Under the pieces are notes generated by a model, which was not told the origin of the DNA, made no database searches, and saw only the letters and a list, made by a program, of their open reading frames with translations. Made by a program: the position numbers and the translations under genes. Shown here in pieces: positions 28,016-43,000 of a stretch of DNA of 64,000 bases; the first letter of the stretch is position 1, and each line of letters begins with the position of its first letter. Origin of the DNA: Eledone cirrhosa (lineage: Eukaryota); contig OZ024748.1 of NCBI GenBank assembly GCA_964016885.1, forward strand, positions 49,290,001-49,354,000, read 5' to 3'.

Positions 28016-31000
28016 GAAAAAATAATCATCATGTCATATAATTTATCTTATATATATGAGTGGGAGTGTGTGTGTGTATATATATATATTCATTATATAT
28101 ACACATATTCATATATATATATATGATTTATTGTTTATTATTAACATAAATTTATCATTAACATAAAGAATAATAATAATGTATAAATATGACAAATTAT
28201 AGAAGAGCCTCAAATTTCATATAGGTTAGGGCCTTGGCAAGTGAAAGTTTAGCCCTACTGATGATTGTATAAACTCACCTCAACTTTTGGTACTCTTGCC
28301 ATAATTCTGCAGTACCACATCTTATGGCTTAGTTCATTAATATAACTGGCATATAGATTCCCGGATGGGTCAGGTGCATCTATTAAACTCTGTACACACA
28401 GTTCATACATAATGGCCTGTTCATTCATGTTGCTGTTGTTCTCATTACATTTGTTAATCTCATCCTAATAAAAACATCAGAGAGAGAAAAATAATATTTA
28501 AAACATGGACACAGAATCATCTTCAGTTAACATTTGTTTGATTTTTTTTTTTCCTACTAGCAAGGGTTGGATGGGTCATCACACACCAAGCCAGGACTTA
28601 ATCAGAGTCATTAATTGATCAGATAGTCCAGGACCTTACCTCACATGCATATATACTACACACAAACACACACACAGATATATATGTAAAAGCAAACAAC
28701 AAAACAAACAGCACAGAAAATGGAAGAAATATATTAGTTTAACACTTGAATTAGCAGGAAGAGAGTCTTAACATTTTGGACACTAGTCCTTCATCAGAAG
28801 ATAGATAGAAAGTAAAGAGTGGTGAGGATGGAACAGGGAAAATGATAAAAAAACATACGTATTAAGTTGGCCATATAATAATAAGGAGTAGGAATGGGGT
28901 ATCAATATAGCATCATTATCTTTATTCAAATATGATGCATGTTTTGTGATTGATCAGCTCAAGGTACTATCAATATTGATCATGTCCAACTCTGGAATCA
29001 ACAGCTCATCAGACTTGTGGTTTCATTAAGGACACCACAAGTTTGATAAGCTATCGATTCCAGAGTCGAGTATGATCAATACTGATTGTACAATTGAGCT
29101 GATCGATCACAAAATGCGCGTCACACATGAGGTATCAATGTAGCATCATTATGTTTCTTCATTATTATTATTATCACCAACACTCCGCTTCTTAAAGATA
29201 CCAACTACGGTGTATTACCAAGTGTGCAATACCAGATCAGCAACTGGGTCCACTTAGGCACCGAGTGCTCAAACTGGTGAACCAATAGTAACTTAATGTT
29301 ACACACCAATAAACTATATATATATATATATATATATATATGGTAAAGACTCCCTTCAGTCACAAATGACCATGGGATTTGCACCTAGAAAGTTTCCCTC
29401 CGGGGCACAAGTCTGGGCAAGGTTGTTTGTGGAAGACCAGTAGTTGCCCATGCATATCAGTCTTCCCGCTCCACGCCACTGATGTTGTCCAAGGGAAAGG
29501 CAATGGGTGATACAGCTTGGCCCCAGTGACGTTGCAACTCATTTCTACAGCTGAGTAAACTGGAGCAACGTGAAATAAAGTGTCTTGCTCAAGAACACAA
29601 CACAAAGCCCAGTCCAAGAATCTAACTCTCAACCTCACGATTGTAAGCCCGATGCTCTAACCACTAAGCCATGCGCCTTCATATATATATATATATATAT
29701 ATAGATATATATATATATATATATGATGGGTTTCTACACAGTTTCTGACTACAAATTCCCTCATTTACTGAACCTTAAGGTATGTGGTTCTGAAGCAAAT
29801 GTCTTAACCATACAACCATGTCTGTACCTACAAGCCATAGAAGATAATATTAATAATATCACATTTAAGATAAAGTTAATAAATTATGTTAATGAATGTT
29901 AATGAAATTACCTGGAAAAACTTGAGAATTCCCATAGGTGACACGCCATATTTATTAAAATTTGTCAGACAATCTTTCCAGAAATTAACACGGATAAACT
30001 CTGACAGCCAGCAGTGACTCTTTTGTAGTTTTGATTTTTCATTATTAATCTAATGAAAAAATATAATTTAGTTAAATACATAATCATGAATTTCATCACC
30101 ATTTCTATACCTGCTTTTCCTTGCTAAGATGGATTGTAAATTATATTTTCTTAACCCTTTAGCATTTACACCAGCCATATATGGCCAGAATTCTCTCACC
30201 ACTTTCTGTTCAAACCGGCTATAACTGGCCATTCATACTGATGTTATGGTATTGTTCTCAAAATAAATAATATCAAAATCTCAGATTCAATATTATGTGA
30301 GATAATTATGCGAGGTAAAACCTTTACTGTGAAAATATAATAGTAAATATAGAGTAATGTAAATGCTAAAGGGTTAAGCATGTCAATTAATTTTGAAAAT
30401 AATCAAGAATTTGGAAGGATTTAGTAGAATTACTAAGGTAGTGTTTATAACAGGCATGGGCAACCTTTTTCGAGCAGTGAGCTGCATAGGATCTGGCTCA
30501 TCATAAGGATAGGACACACTACTAAAAAATTCAAGACAATTTAAAGCCAAACTGGCTGCAGTTTGTCCATGACTGGTTTAGATCATAATTTAACAATGGC
30601 TCCTACATAAAATTATGATGGAAGGCTTTTTTTTTAGAAAAATATAAACAATATGTATGGGAGATGGTGTATTGAGAATAAATATCTATGTTAGCAATAA
30701 AGAGGGTACAGGCAGTTAGCAAGTACTCCCGGGTCCCAAATAATTATTCAAGACCCGAGAGTAATAAATAACATGAGAGCCTCTGTCACATTAAACTATG
30801 TCTTCACCCTTTCAATGCCAAACTACCTGAAACCATCACTAGTTCTGATACAATGCTGTTTATTTTAAAGTGTTTATGATGATGATCATCATCATTTAAC
30901 GTAAATTTTTCCACGTTTGCATGTGTTAGATGGGTTGTCATATTATAAGACAATTCAGGACAGGTGACCCTCATCTTGTTCATATGGATCTGTATTTTGG

Positions 31001-34000
31001 CTTGGCTTCTACAGCCTCCAGGCTTAAGATAGACTTAGTGTCATAATTGTTGTAAATTTCTCTAGTACACCTGAAATATTTCTGGAGCAATATATATATA
31101 TCATCATCATCATATATATAAGATCTATTGTTAATTTACCTCTGTAAATGTTACTTCTTCATGATTGATATCAGCAAACTCACACAACATTCGGGCATCA
31201 TTATAAAGCTTCTTGCCAACAATTTCTACCACTAGAGGCTCCAACTGGGTGGCCAGATGCTGTCGGTCTTTTACCAAGAATGAAGAGAATGGTATAGCAA
31301 GTTGGTTCTTCTGGAGAATTTCGGCCACTTGTAAAAGCTGAGAGTAATTTAGACCTGTTAAAAAAAAACAGACATGCAACAACAATTATTACAACAACTT
31401 CTAATGGAAATTTAACATCAATTAGTCATTTTAATTGAAATTAAGAATCCATTCTAATTGTAAGCTGGTTTACAAGGAGAAATTACTAAAATATAAAGCA
31501 GTGAATAATGTGGATTATGGAGAGGACTGCTTGTAATCTAAAGTCTGTCTTAAGCCATTTAAGGCTCGTTAGGCCAGTGCTTATCCCAGTGTGATGACAT
31601 GAAGTGACTGAGAGTACAAGACTTCCCCCTGGACAGGACACCAGTCCATCGCGGGGTTAAACTCCCAGCTATTGCTGGTACTCATTTTCAGCTGCATATA
31701 CTGGAGTAACGTGAAATGAAGTGTTTTGCTCAAGAACACAACATGCAAACCAGCCCAGGAATCGAATCCATGACATTATGATTGTAAGCCCAACACCATT
31801 ACCACTAGGCCACGCAAAGTAAAGAACATAAAACAATGTAATATGACAGACCAGACACATGGACCATGTATACATTAAACAGTTGTACAGATTTGTACTT
31901 TATGACTGTTCTCTCAGAGTTAACCAACAGCAGTAACAACAACAATGACAACAACAACAATAGTAACAACTAAAACGCAGGTATAATAGTGATAACATTA
32001 AGGAAGTTATATATGTATACCTGGATTCAACAGCAGACTAAATTGAGGGACATAATCGAGATGATCAAGAACAGCAAACATGGGTGGGCTGACCATGGTT
32101 CTCATCACAGAGACAAGAGGTGGACTATTAGAGCAATAGAGTGAACTTCAAGGTGGTGGAGAAGAACCGGAGGGTGGCCAAAGGCAAGATGATGAGATGA
32201 TCTGACCCGATACCTCGGCCCCACATGGCTCTGTATAGTCAGATATAGGATTAGGTGGAGGTCAACCAGGCATGTGTTCTTCCAATAGGAGTGAGAAAGC
32301 CCTGGATTTTGGATACATATATACCTTAGGACAGCCCTATCAGAACTGACATGGATCTATAGAAAAACAACAAGAGCAATACATATAGAAACTGAAGAGA
32401 AGATTAAGCTATTTACCTGGTTGATATGTAAACACTGATGTGATGTTATATTGAGTCAAGAATTTCAGCAGTTTGACAACATCATAGATATTGGGTAAAT
32501 CAGTCAATAATTCTCTTATAAGGCATTGGCAGGTTTCTTCTTGCCAAGACAAGTCTCCAACCATTGGGAACACTTGGGCTGACTGGTTAACATAGGAACT
32601 CTTATCTTTAGGTGGCTACAAAATAGAGAAGAATTATTATATATATACCAGTGTGAAGGTTCATGGCTTAGGCATTAGAGAATTGGATTCACAATTGTGA
32701 GGTTGAGTTTAATTCCCAGAACATGGGCAATGTGTTATGTCCTTGAGAAAGACAGTTTATTTCATGTTGCTCTTTCTGCCAGGAGTTGCGACTTGTAGAT
32801 AGTTTCAGCAATGGAAAGATCAATGGAAACATTGCTTCTTTGGTCTGATTGGCTGAGTTCCACTCCACTCGATAAGCGAGTGAGATCTGGGATCTTGTTG
32901 ATCGACTTGATAAGCGAGTGACAGAAAGACAAGGGAACTGGTAGAAAGACAAGTGAACTGACAGACAGACAAGGGAACTGGTAGATAGACAAGGGAACTG
33001 ACAAGGGAACTGGTAGATAGACAAGGGAACTGGTAGACAGACAAGGGAACTGGTAGACAGACAAGGGAACTGGTAGACAGACAAGGGAACTGGTAGACAA
33101 ACAAGAGAACTGGTGGAAAGAAGTAACTTACTTTATAAAGAATGGAATGTTTAAAACTTTCAAGATAAGTTTGAGCTTCGGAATAATCATATTTCTCCAA
33201 ACAGCAATGAAGAAATTTCAAGAAGAATGCCAGAGATGTGTTCTGTGTGAAAACAAAATAACTTTTAGATATTATAGCTAATATGTATGGACCTGTAACT
33301 TCTGATATTACAGTTAATGTGGTAGTATATATTACAGCTAATGTAGTAGTATATATTACAGTTAATGTAGTAGTATATATTACAGTTAATGTAGTAGTAC
33401 ATATTATAGCAAATGTGGTAGTATATATTACAGCTAATGTAGTAGTATATATTACAGTTAATGTAGTAGTATATATTACAGTTAATGTAGTAGTATATAT
33501 TACAGTTAATGTAGTAGTATATATTACAGTTAATGTAGTAGTATATATTACAGTTAATGTAGTAGTACATATTACAGTTAATGTAGTAGTATATATTACA
33601 GTTAATGTAGTAGTACATATTATAGCTAATGTGGTAGTATATATTACAGCTAATGTAGTAGTATATATTACAGTTAATGTAGTAGTATATATTACAGTTA
33701 ATGTAGTAGTATATATTACAGTTAATGTAGTAGTATATATTACAGTTAATGTAGTAGTACATATTATAGCTAATGTGGTAGTATATATTACAGCTAATGT
33801 AGTAGTATATATACAGTTAATGTAGTAATATGTATTATAGCTAATGTGGTAGTATATATTACAGTTAATGTAGTAGTATATATTACAGTTAATGTAGTAG
33901 TATATATTATAGCTAATGTGGTAGTATATATTACAGCTAATGTAGTAGTATATATTACAGTTAATGTAGTAGTATATATTACAGTTAATGTAGTAGTATA

Positions 34001-37000
34001 TATTACAGTTAATGTAGTAGTATATATTACAGCTAATGTAGTAGTATATATTACAGTTAATGTAGTAGTATATATTATAGCTAATGTGGTAGTATATATT
34101 ACAGCTAATGTAGTAGTACATATTATAGCTAATGTAGTAGTATATATTACAGTTAATGTAGTAGTATATATTACAGTTAATGTAGTAGTATATATTATAG
34201 CTAATGTGGTAGTATATATTACAGCTAATGTAGTAGTATATATTATAGCTAATGTGGTAGTATATATTACAGCTAATGTAGTAGTATATATTATAGCTAA
34301 TGTGGTAGTATATATTACAGTTAATGTAGTAGTATATATACAGTTAATGTAGTAGTATATATTACAGTTAATGTAGTAGTATATATTATAGCTAATGTGG
34401 TAGTATATATTACAGCTAATGTAGTAGTATATATTATAGCTAATGTGGTAGTATATATTACAGCTAATGTGGTAGTATATATTACAGCTAATGTAGTAGT
34501 ATATATACAGTTAATGTAGTAATATGTATTATAGCTAATGTGGTAGTATATATTACAGTTAATGTAGTAGTATATATTATAGCTAATGTGGTAGTATATA
34601 TTACAGTTAATGTAGTAGTATATATACAGTTAATGTAGTAGTATATATTACAGTTAATGTAGTAGTATATATTACAGTTAATGTAGTAGTATATATTACA
34701 GCTAATGTAGTAGTATATATTACAGTTAATGTAGTAGTATATATTACAGCTAATGTAGTAGTATATATACAGTTAATGTAGTAGTATATATTACAGTTAA
34801 TGTAGTAGTATATATTACAGCTAATGTAGTAGTATATATTACAGTTAATGTAGTAGTATATATTACAGCTAATGTAGTAGTATATATACAGTTAATGTAG
34901 TAGTATATATTACAGCTAATGTAGTAGTATATATACAGTTAATGTAGTAATATGTATAGACCTTAACTGCTGCTGAGAGTTGTAGGGGACACCATAATGA
35001 CATAAGACATGACTTGGGCTGTTTAAACCTGGTGGAGCCCATTTCCAGGTCTGAACAGATGTGTTTCACATATTTCACAAGTCTATAAAAAAAGGTATGG
35101 ATGCCTTTGAATATAGGTCTCTTGAATGAGGTCTGACCTAGGGCTAAACAACAACAACAACAACAGCAGCACCAACTGCACACAACTTTCATCATTGAAA
35201 TAAAAACATGGAAAAAAAAAAAAGAAGAAATTATATGCCTACCGTTTGGAAAATAGCAAATCCAACAGTTAAATTAGATAACCAATTATTCTTGATGAAG
35301 ATTTCTGTTAGTTCTCGTAAGTCTTTCAAGTTCCACTTGGTGACAGGTAAGACATGTTGTTTTAGGAAATGTTGATGCTGTGTATCACTCATGACAGCAA
35401 CCAACCATCCACACAGACAACTGAGAATGTTGGCTTCCTATGGGCAAAGAGAGAAAAAATACATAACATATAACAAAATATTATACAGGATGTAAGGGGC
35501 CTCTGGGTAGAGGTAGTGTCTTTAATGAGTGGCAGCTACACTCGTTGGTTCTCATCCATCTCCACCAAAATCTCTCATATATGGCTCCTAATACCACACC
35601 CTGGTAGGTAGTACCTTTTATGTCTGACAGCTACACTCATACAGAAGTGGACAGGTTCACCAGTCTTCATCAATCCCCGTAAATCTCCTATGTCCAGCTC
35701 TTAATGCTCAGAAGTGGACAGGTGTACCAGTCCTCATACAACCCCACCTAAATCTCTCACATCTGGCTACTAATGCCACAACTTGGTAGCATCTTTGATA
35801 ACTAATAGTTACACTCTTTCAGGAGTGGACAGGTGTACCAGTCCTCATACAACCCCACCTAAATCTCTCACATCTGGCTACTAATGCCACAACTTGGTAG
35901 CATCTTTGATAACTAATAGTTACACTCTTTCAGGAGTGGACAGGTGTACCAGTCCTCATACAACCCCACCTAAATCTCTCACATCTGGCTACTAATGCCA
36001 CAACTTGGTAGCATCTTTGATAACTAATAGTTACACTCTTTCAGGAGTGGACAGGTGTACCAGTCCTCATACAACCCCACCTAAATCTCTCACATCTGGC
36101 TACTAATGCCACAACTTGGTAGCATCTTTGATAACTAATAGTTACACTCTTTCAGGAGTGGACAGGTGTACCAGTCCTCATACAACCCCACCTAAATCTC
36201 TCACATCTGGCTACTAATGCCACAACTTGGTAGCATCTTTGATAACTAATAGTTACACTCTTTCAGGAGTGGACAGGTGTACCAGTCCTCATACAACCCC
36301 ACCTAAATCTCTCACATCTGGCTACTAATGCCACAACTTGGTAGCATCTTTGATAACTAATAGTTACACTCTTTCAGGAGTGGACAGGTGTACCAGTCCT
36401 CATACAACCCCACCTAAATCTCTCACATCTGGCTACTAATGCCACAACTTGGTAGCATCTTTGATAACTAATAGTTACACTCTTTCAGGAGTGGACAGGT
36501 GTACCAGTCCTCATACAACCCCACCTAAATCTCTCACATCTGGCTACTAATGCCACAACTTGGTAGCATCTTTGATAACTAATAGTTACACTCTTTCAGG
36601 AGTGGACAGGTGTACCAGTCCTCATACAACCCCACCTAAATCTCTCACATCTGGCTACTAATGCCACAACTTGGTAGCATCTTTGATAACTAATAGTTAC
36701 ACTCTTTCAGGAGTGGACAGGTGTACCAGTCCTCATACAACCCCACCTAAATCTCTCACATCTGGCTACTAATGCCACAACTTGGTAGCATCTTTGATAA
36801 CTAATAGTTACACTCTTTCAGGAGTGGACAGGTGTACCAGTCCTCATACAACCCCACCTAAATCTCTCACATCTGGCTACTAATGCCACGTTATATCTTT
36901 GATAACTAATAGTTACACTCTTTCAGGAGTGGACAGGTGTACCAGTCCTCATACAACCCCACCTAAATCTCTCACATCTGGCTACTAATGCCACGTTATA

Positions 37001-40000
37001 TCTTTGATAACTAATAGTTACACTCTTTCAGGAGTGGACAGGTGTACCAGTCCTCATACAACCCCACCTAAATCTCTCACATCTGGCTACTAATGCCACA
37101 ACTTGGTAGTATCTTTGATAACTAATAGTTACACTCTTTCAGGAGTGGACAGGTGTACCAGTCCTCACACAACCCCACCTAAATCTCTCACATCTGGCTA
37201 CTAATGCCACGTAGTATCTTTGATAACTAATAGTTACACTCTTTCAGGAGTGGACAGGTGTACCAGTCCTCATACAACCCCACCTAAATCTCTCACATCT
37301 GGCTACTAATGCCACAACTTGGTAGTATCTTTGATAACTAATAGTTACACTCTTTCAGGAGTGGACAGGTGTACCAGTCCTCATACAACTCCACCTAAAT
37401 CTCTCACATCTGGCTACTAATGCCACAACTTGGTAGCATCTTTGATAACTAATAGTTACACTCTTTCAGGAGTGGACAGGTTCTCTAGTCATCATCCACC
37501 CTTTAATAGACCAAAACTCTATGTGTGTTTCTTTGTATTCAACATTGCAGGCAGTGATATTTGTTTATATCTAGCATAAACAGAAATCCAGCAAGTCAGC
37601 AGTTTGACAGGCAAAGATCTGTACCTTACTTTAAAAAAAAAAAAGCAGTAAAAAAAAAATAAAAGTAAAGTTTGCATGTTAGTAAATATCTTTGAAGGTA
37701 CTAACTCTTTGACAAGCAGCTAGTTCTGTGAACAAAGGGTTTCGCAGTGCAATACCATAGGACAAGAGAGATTTCCAAACACACCGAGAAGCTTGAGCAG
37801 AGAAAATCACTCTAAAAACATCTTCAGGAGCAGACATTGGATTGAGGTCAAATTCTGAAAATAGATTAAAACTTATCAATAATTTAACATGCCATCATAG
37901 TTAACAGCACAGCTCTCCCTGTCCTCTTAACCCTTTCATTACTATATTTTTAATGTAAGACATCCTTTTACTCTTTTTTACCTGTTTCAGCCAACTGGCT
38001 AAGGCCGTGCTGGGGCACTGCTGCCTATGATTTTCTAATAATTTTTTTAAATAACCAAGAATTTGGGGGGATTTAGTAACATAAGTAACTTTTTCATCAA
38101 TAAGTTGGTGTTTGGAGCATAACTTAAAGGATTTTACTTGAAATTATGAAGGAAGATTTAAAAAAAAAAAAATGAATATAAACAGTTTCAGACATTTTTC
38201 TGATATATATCAAGGACTAATTTAACTCTTAATATTCTATAACGATTTAGCAAAAATATCTAAAAACAGATTTAATTCAAATGTTTATAGAATATTTACT
38301 AGTGGAGAGATCAATGTGAAAATCAGCAGTATTAACTCTTAATATCCTGTAAGGATTTAGCAAAATTATCTAAAAGTGTGTGTTTGTTAATTTAAATGTT
38401 TATAGTATCTTTACTGGTAGACAGTTCATTGTGAAGATTTTCAGTACTAAAGTATAGTCTACGATTTTTTATGTGATGCAGTTACAGTGCTGTTTTATAC
38501 TTTCCAAGAATGTCTTGTTAATATGGTGTTATGTGGTACAGGATGTCACCACCATAACCACTATTCTAACCATATACCTATAACATGGAGCTGTGACTGC
38601 TCAATTAGGAGAAGTAGTATAAAAAATATATACAATTCCACATTGTAAACATGGTTGGTGTTAGGAAGGGCATCCAGCTGTAAAAAACCCCAGCCAAAAT
38701 ACAGTTCTTTTGGAGCAAGATATGACGTGGCCAGCAGGCTATACTTGTCACATAATGTGGATGACCCATCTAACTCATACAAGTGTGGAAAAACAGACAT
38801 TAAATGGCGATGATGATGATATAATATAAATGTCCAAAATATTCTTACCTTGATTAGTCTCTTTGCTGTCTTCTTTATTTGAATTAGCTAATGAAGCATC
38901 CTCCTCATCAGAACTGCTTTGCCCTAGAATGTAAAGTAATTATATGACTGAAGTTGTGTGAATATGTATTTATGTATGGATCTGTAACTTCTGATGGAAT
39001 CATAGGGGTGCCATATTGACATATGGCATTTCTTGGGCCTTTTAAACCTGGCAGAGCCCCCTCCCCCTCTCTCTCTCCTCTCCACGTCTGAACACAAGAG
39101 AGTGAGAGAAAGGAAATGAGAAGGAGATTTTGAGGAAGAATCGACCCCCAGTACTAGACTGAAAGCTTAACGAATATTCCAGTACATTCTATCCAACATT
39201 CTAACAGCTCTGCCATGTGTGAATATACCATAGGTTTAAAACAAGGATGAGTAGTAGTAGCACTAACACAATGTAGTTCATAATAGAGGTGTATATGAAG
39301 GTATGTACAAAAAACATACAAGAGACTCACTATGAATGTTTTAAGCTGTAATCATGTCACAGTTATATTAGTAGCTGGTGAAAATACCAGACACATGTTT
39401 CTGGATTGTTATCCATCATCAGTGACATTTATTCACTGAGAACTGAAACAAAAATAAGCTATAGCTTATATGCTTTTTTGTCTGTGAAACAATGGCTGGT
39501 GATGCTCATTTGCATATAGTGTGAATTTGACTAGCTAGGATTAATTAGCAATTGCACATAGTGTGATTCATAATAAAGGTGTATATGATGGTGGTGGTGG
39601 TGGTGGTGTTGATGATAGTGATGATGATGATGATAGCGGTAGTGATAGTGATGATGGTGGTGGTATTGGTGGTGGTGATGATGATGGTGATGATGATGAT
39701 AGTGACAGTGGTGATAATGATGATGATGATGATGGTGATAATGAAACAATAGAGAGAAATCCACTCACCTGTTTCAGAGGTTATACCTATTTTGCTATAG
39801 AAACCAAAACGGAATGCTTTAGTTGCAGGTTTCTTCACTTCTGTCTCGGGTATGGTAGTAGCATCTTCAGACTCAGTAAAGAGGTTGTTCTGGGCATTGT
39901 TTACAATATAGAATATGTGATCCCGAAGATGAGGACTAAGAAACCATGGCACTAATTGTAGAAGCTTGAAGAAGAAGAAGAAGACAAAGAACAACATAAT

Positions 40001-43000
40001 AATAATAATAATAATATTGGTTTCTGATTTAGGCACAAGGCCAACAATTTGTGGGGAGGGAAAAGTTGATTAAATCAACCTCAGTGCATTACTGGTACTT
40101 TATTTTATTGACCTCATAAGGATGAAAGGCGAAGCTAACCTCAGCAGGATTTAAAATATATGCGTCAAAGCATGTTGTCTGATGCTCTACCGATACTGCC
40201 AATAACAATAATAATAATAGTGATTACCAATTTAGGTACAAGGCGTGTAATTTGGGGTAAAGAGGAAAGCCAATTATGTTGCCCCCAGTATGTGACTGGT
40301 ACTTTATTTTATCGACTCTGGAGGGATGAAAGATAAAGTTGACCCATGCTGGGTTTGAAGTCAGAATGTAAAAGGCTAGAACAAACACAACACGCTCTAA
40401 TGACTCTGCCAATTCACCATTATAAATATCACCCGCCGAAGTTAACTTTGCCTTTCATCCTTACGGGGGTCGATAAAATAAAGTACCAGTAATACACTGG
40501 GATAATTGCCGGCCTTGTGCCAAAAGTAGAAACAATTATCATCATCATCGATTTTAATTAATGGAAGGGGGCTACAGAAGAGGGAGACCAAGGAAGACTG
40601 AGACAAATGGAGAGATGCTATGCTAGAAAGGACCTGTCTAACCCATGCAAGTATGAAAAAACGAACGTGTGATGGTGATGATGATGATGATATTGATTTT
40701 TTAAAGTATTATTTACAACATAGCAATGTAGAGTGAGTGATCTCAAAGATGGGGACTGGGAAACCCCTGTACCAATTATAGATGCTTAAAGAAGAACAAT
40801 ATAATACATTAACTGTTTTAAAGATATTCTCCTTACTAAAGCAAGGGTTAACTTTGCAGGTCCCATGAAAAGTACACTCTGACTGCATCATATTTAAAAA
40901 TAAGTCTTTACTTTAGTTTATTGCAAATTTTCACAACAATCTGTCTACTAGTGTAGATGATACAATAAATATTTGAATTAGCAAACCCTTTTTTAGATAT
41001 ATTTTCTGTTAGATTGTTACAGTGTTAAGAGCTAATACTGCAAATTTTACCTGGTCTTTGGGATATTGATGTAGCTGTGCAAACCATAGGAATGGTAACC
41101 AATTATTGGTTTTGGCACAATTCTCCAGAAATCTGGTAGAGTAAGGCAGATGAAGGTGGTAACACAACAGAATAGATTGCGTCCATAAATGGCCGGCTTC
41201 AAAACCAAACCTAAAATAGTAAAGCAAACAAAATATAAACCATTATCGAGAAATTGATTTGAAATACAGGAAATTGTTTTCATCATTGCCATCACCATCA
41301 TCACCACCATCGACATAAATATCATCATCACTATCAATAAATTGCATTTGGTGGAACATAGGACCACATGTAAGCTGGATACAAGCCACCCGACCTATCT
41401 GGAAGGTCAGAAGTCCTGCTTCAGTATCGACTCAGTATGTGAAGTCTCATACAACCTCTGCCATTATATGATGATGATGATGATATATGATGATGATGAT
41501 GATAATGATGATAATGACTATATATAATATGATGCAGCTTACGGAGAAACTTCTTCTTTCTCAATATCATATTCAGTAGCATCTTCTAAAGTGTTGAGCA
41601 GTTCTGTGGCTGAATTCCGTTTCCGTTTGATACAACCCATCAACAACTGACCTAAATAAAACACAGAAGAAGATAAAAGTTAAAGTCACACCACCAACTA
41701 CAGAAATCAGACTTTAAGTTGAAGATAAGATTTAAGTCTTTAAGTACAAATAATACAAGAGAAGTTTTTATTTATCACAGAGAGAGGGAGAGAGAGAGAG
41801 AGAGAAGAGAGGGGGGGAGAGAGAGAGTGATAATGTTAATGAAAAACAATTATGATATATAGACCCAATGTGTGCAAGGCATGGTGCGGCCAACTGGCCA
41901 GACTTATCTCGTAACAGGACCACCTAGTTCCACACTGTAAACGTGGTTGGTGTTAGGAAGGGCATCAAGCTGTAAACATTCCAGCCAAAATACAGTTCCG
42001 TTTGAGCAAGGCACGGTGCAGCCAGCTGGCCAGACATGTCTCATAATGGTGTCACCCTGTTCCACACTGCGAGTGTGGTTGGTGGTAGGAAGGGCATCCA
42101 ACAGCTGTAAAACTCCAGCCTGAACATGACCCCACTATGAGCAAGATACAGCACAGCCAACTGGCCAGACTCTCCTCATAACGGTGCCACCCAGTTCCAC
42201 ACAGTAAACGTGGTTGGTGTTAGGAAGGGCATCCAGCAGTCATAAAAACCCAGCCAACATACTATCCGATATGTGCAAGGTACAACGCAGCCATCTATCC
42301 AGACATGTCTCATAACAGGACTGCCCAGTTCACACTGTAAATGTGGTTGGTGTTAGGAAGGTCATCAAGCTGTAAAATTCCCAGCCAAAATACAGTTCCG
42401 TTTGAACAAGGTACAGTACGGTCAACTGGCCAGACTTGTATCATGATGTGGACGACCTGTCTGACCCATGCAAGCATGTAAAAATAGACGTTAAACAGTG
42501 ATTATGATGATGATGATAAAAGATAAAATTATAGATAGAAAGCTCAAATATACGTAGAGAATTATATATGATAGTATATAATTGTGACAGTCTCAGAATT
42601 AGCTCAATGTGTTTATATATTCTTGGTCTGAAGAAAAGGTAGATTTTTTTAGGGAGTAAAAGTTGGAAAGGCAGACATAAAAACAGAGCAAATATAATCA
42701 AATATATAGATGGAAAAATAGGTTTTTTTAATTCCTTACACAAGTTTCAAGAGAGCTGTACAACAAATTATTTGAATAATGTTAGGAGAAGATTTGTATA
42801 ATCAAGATCTATACATACAAAATGATATAGAGATATTACACTGGACAGGGGACACCACAAGTCTACCCATTGCCATAGCGACTGAGTCTTTTAATCCTCT
42901 GAGGAAGGAGAAGTACAAATACCTATATATCATTTTGTATGTATAGACCCTGATCAGACAAATTTTTACCTAACATTATTCAAATAATTTGATGTACAAC

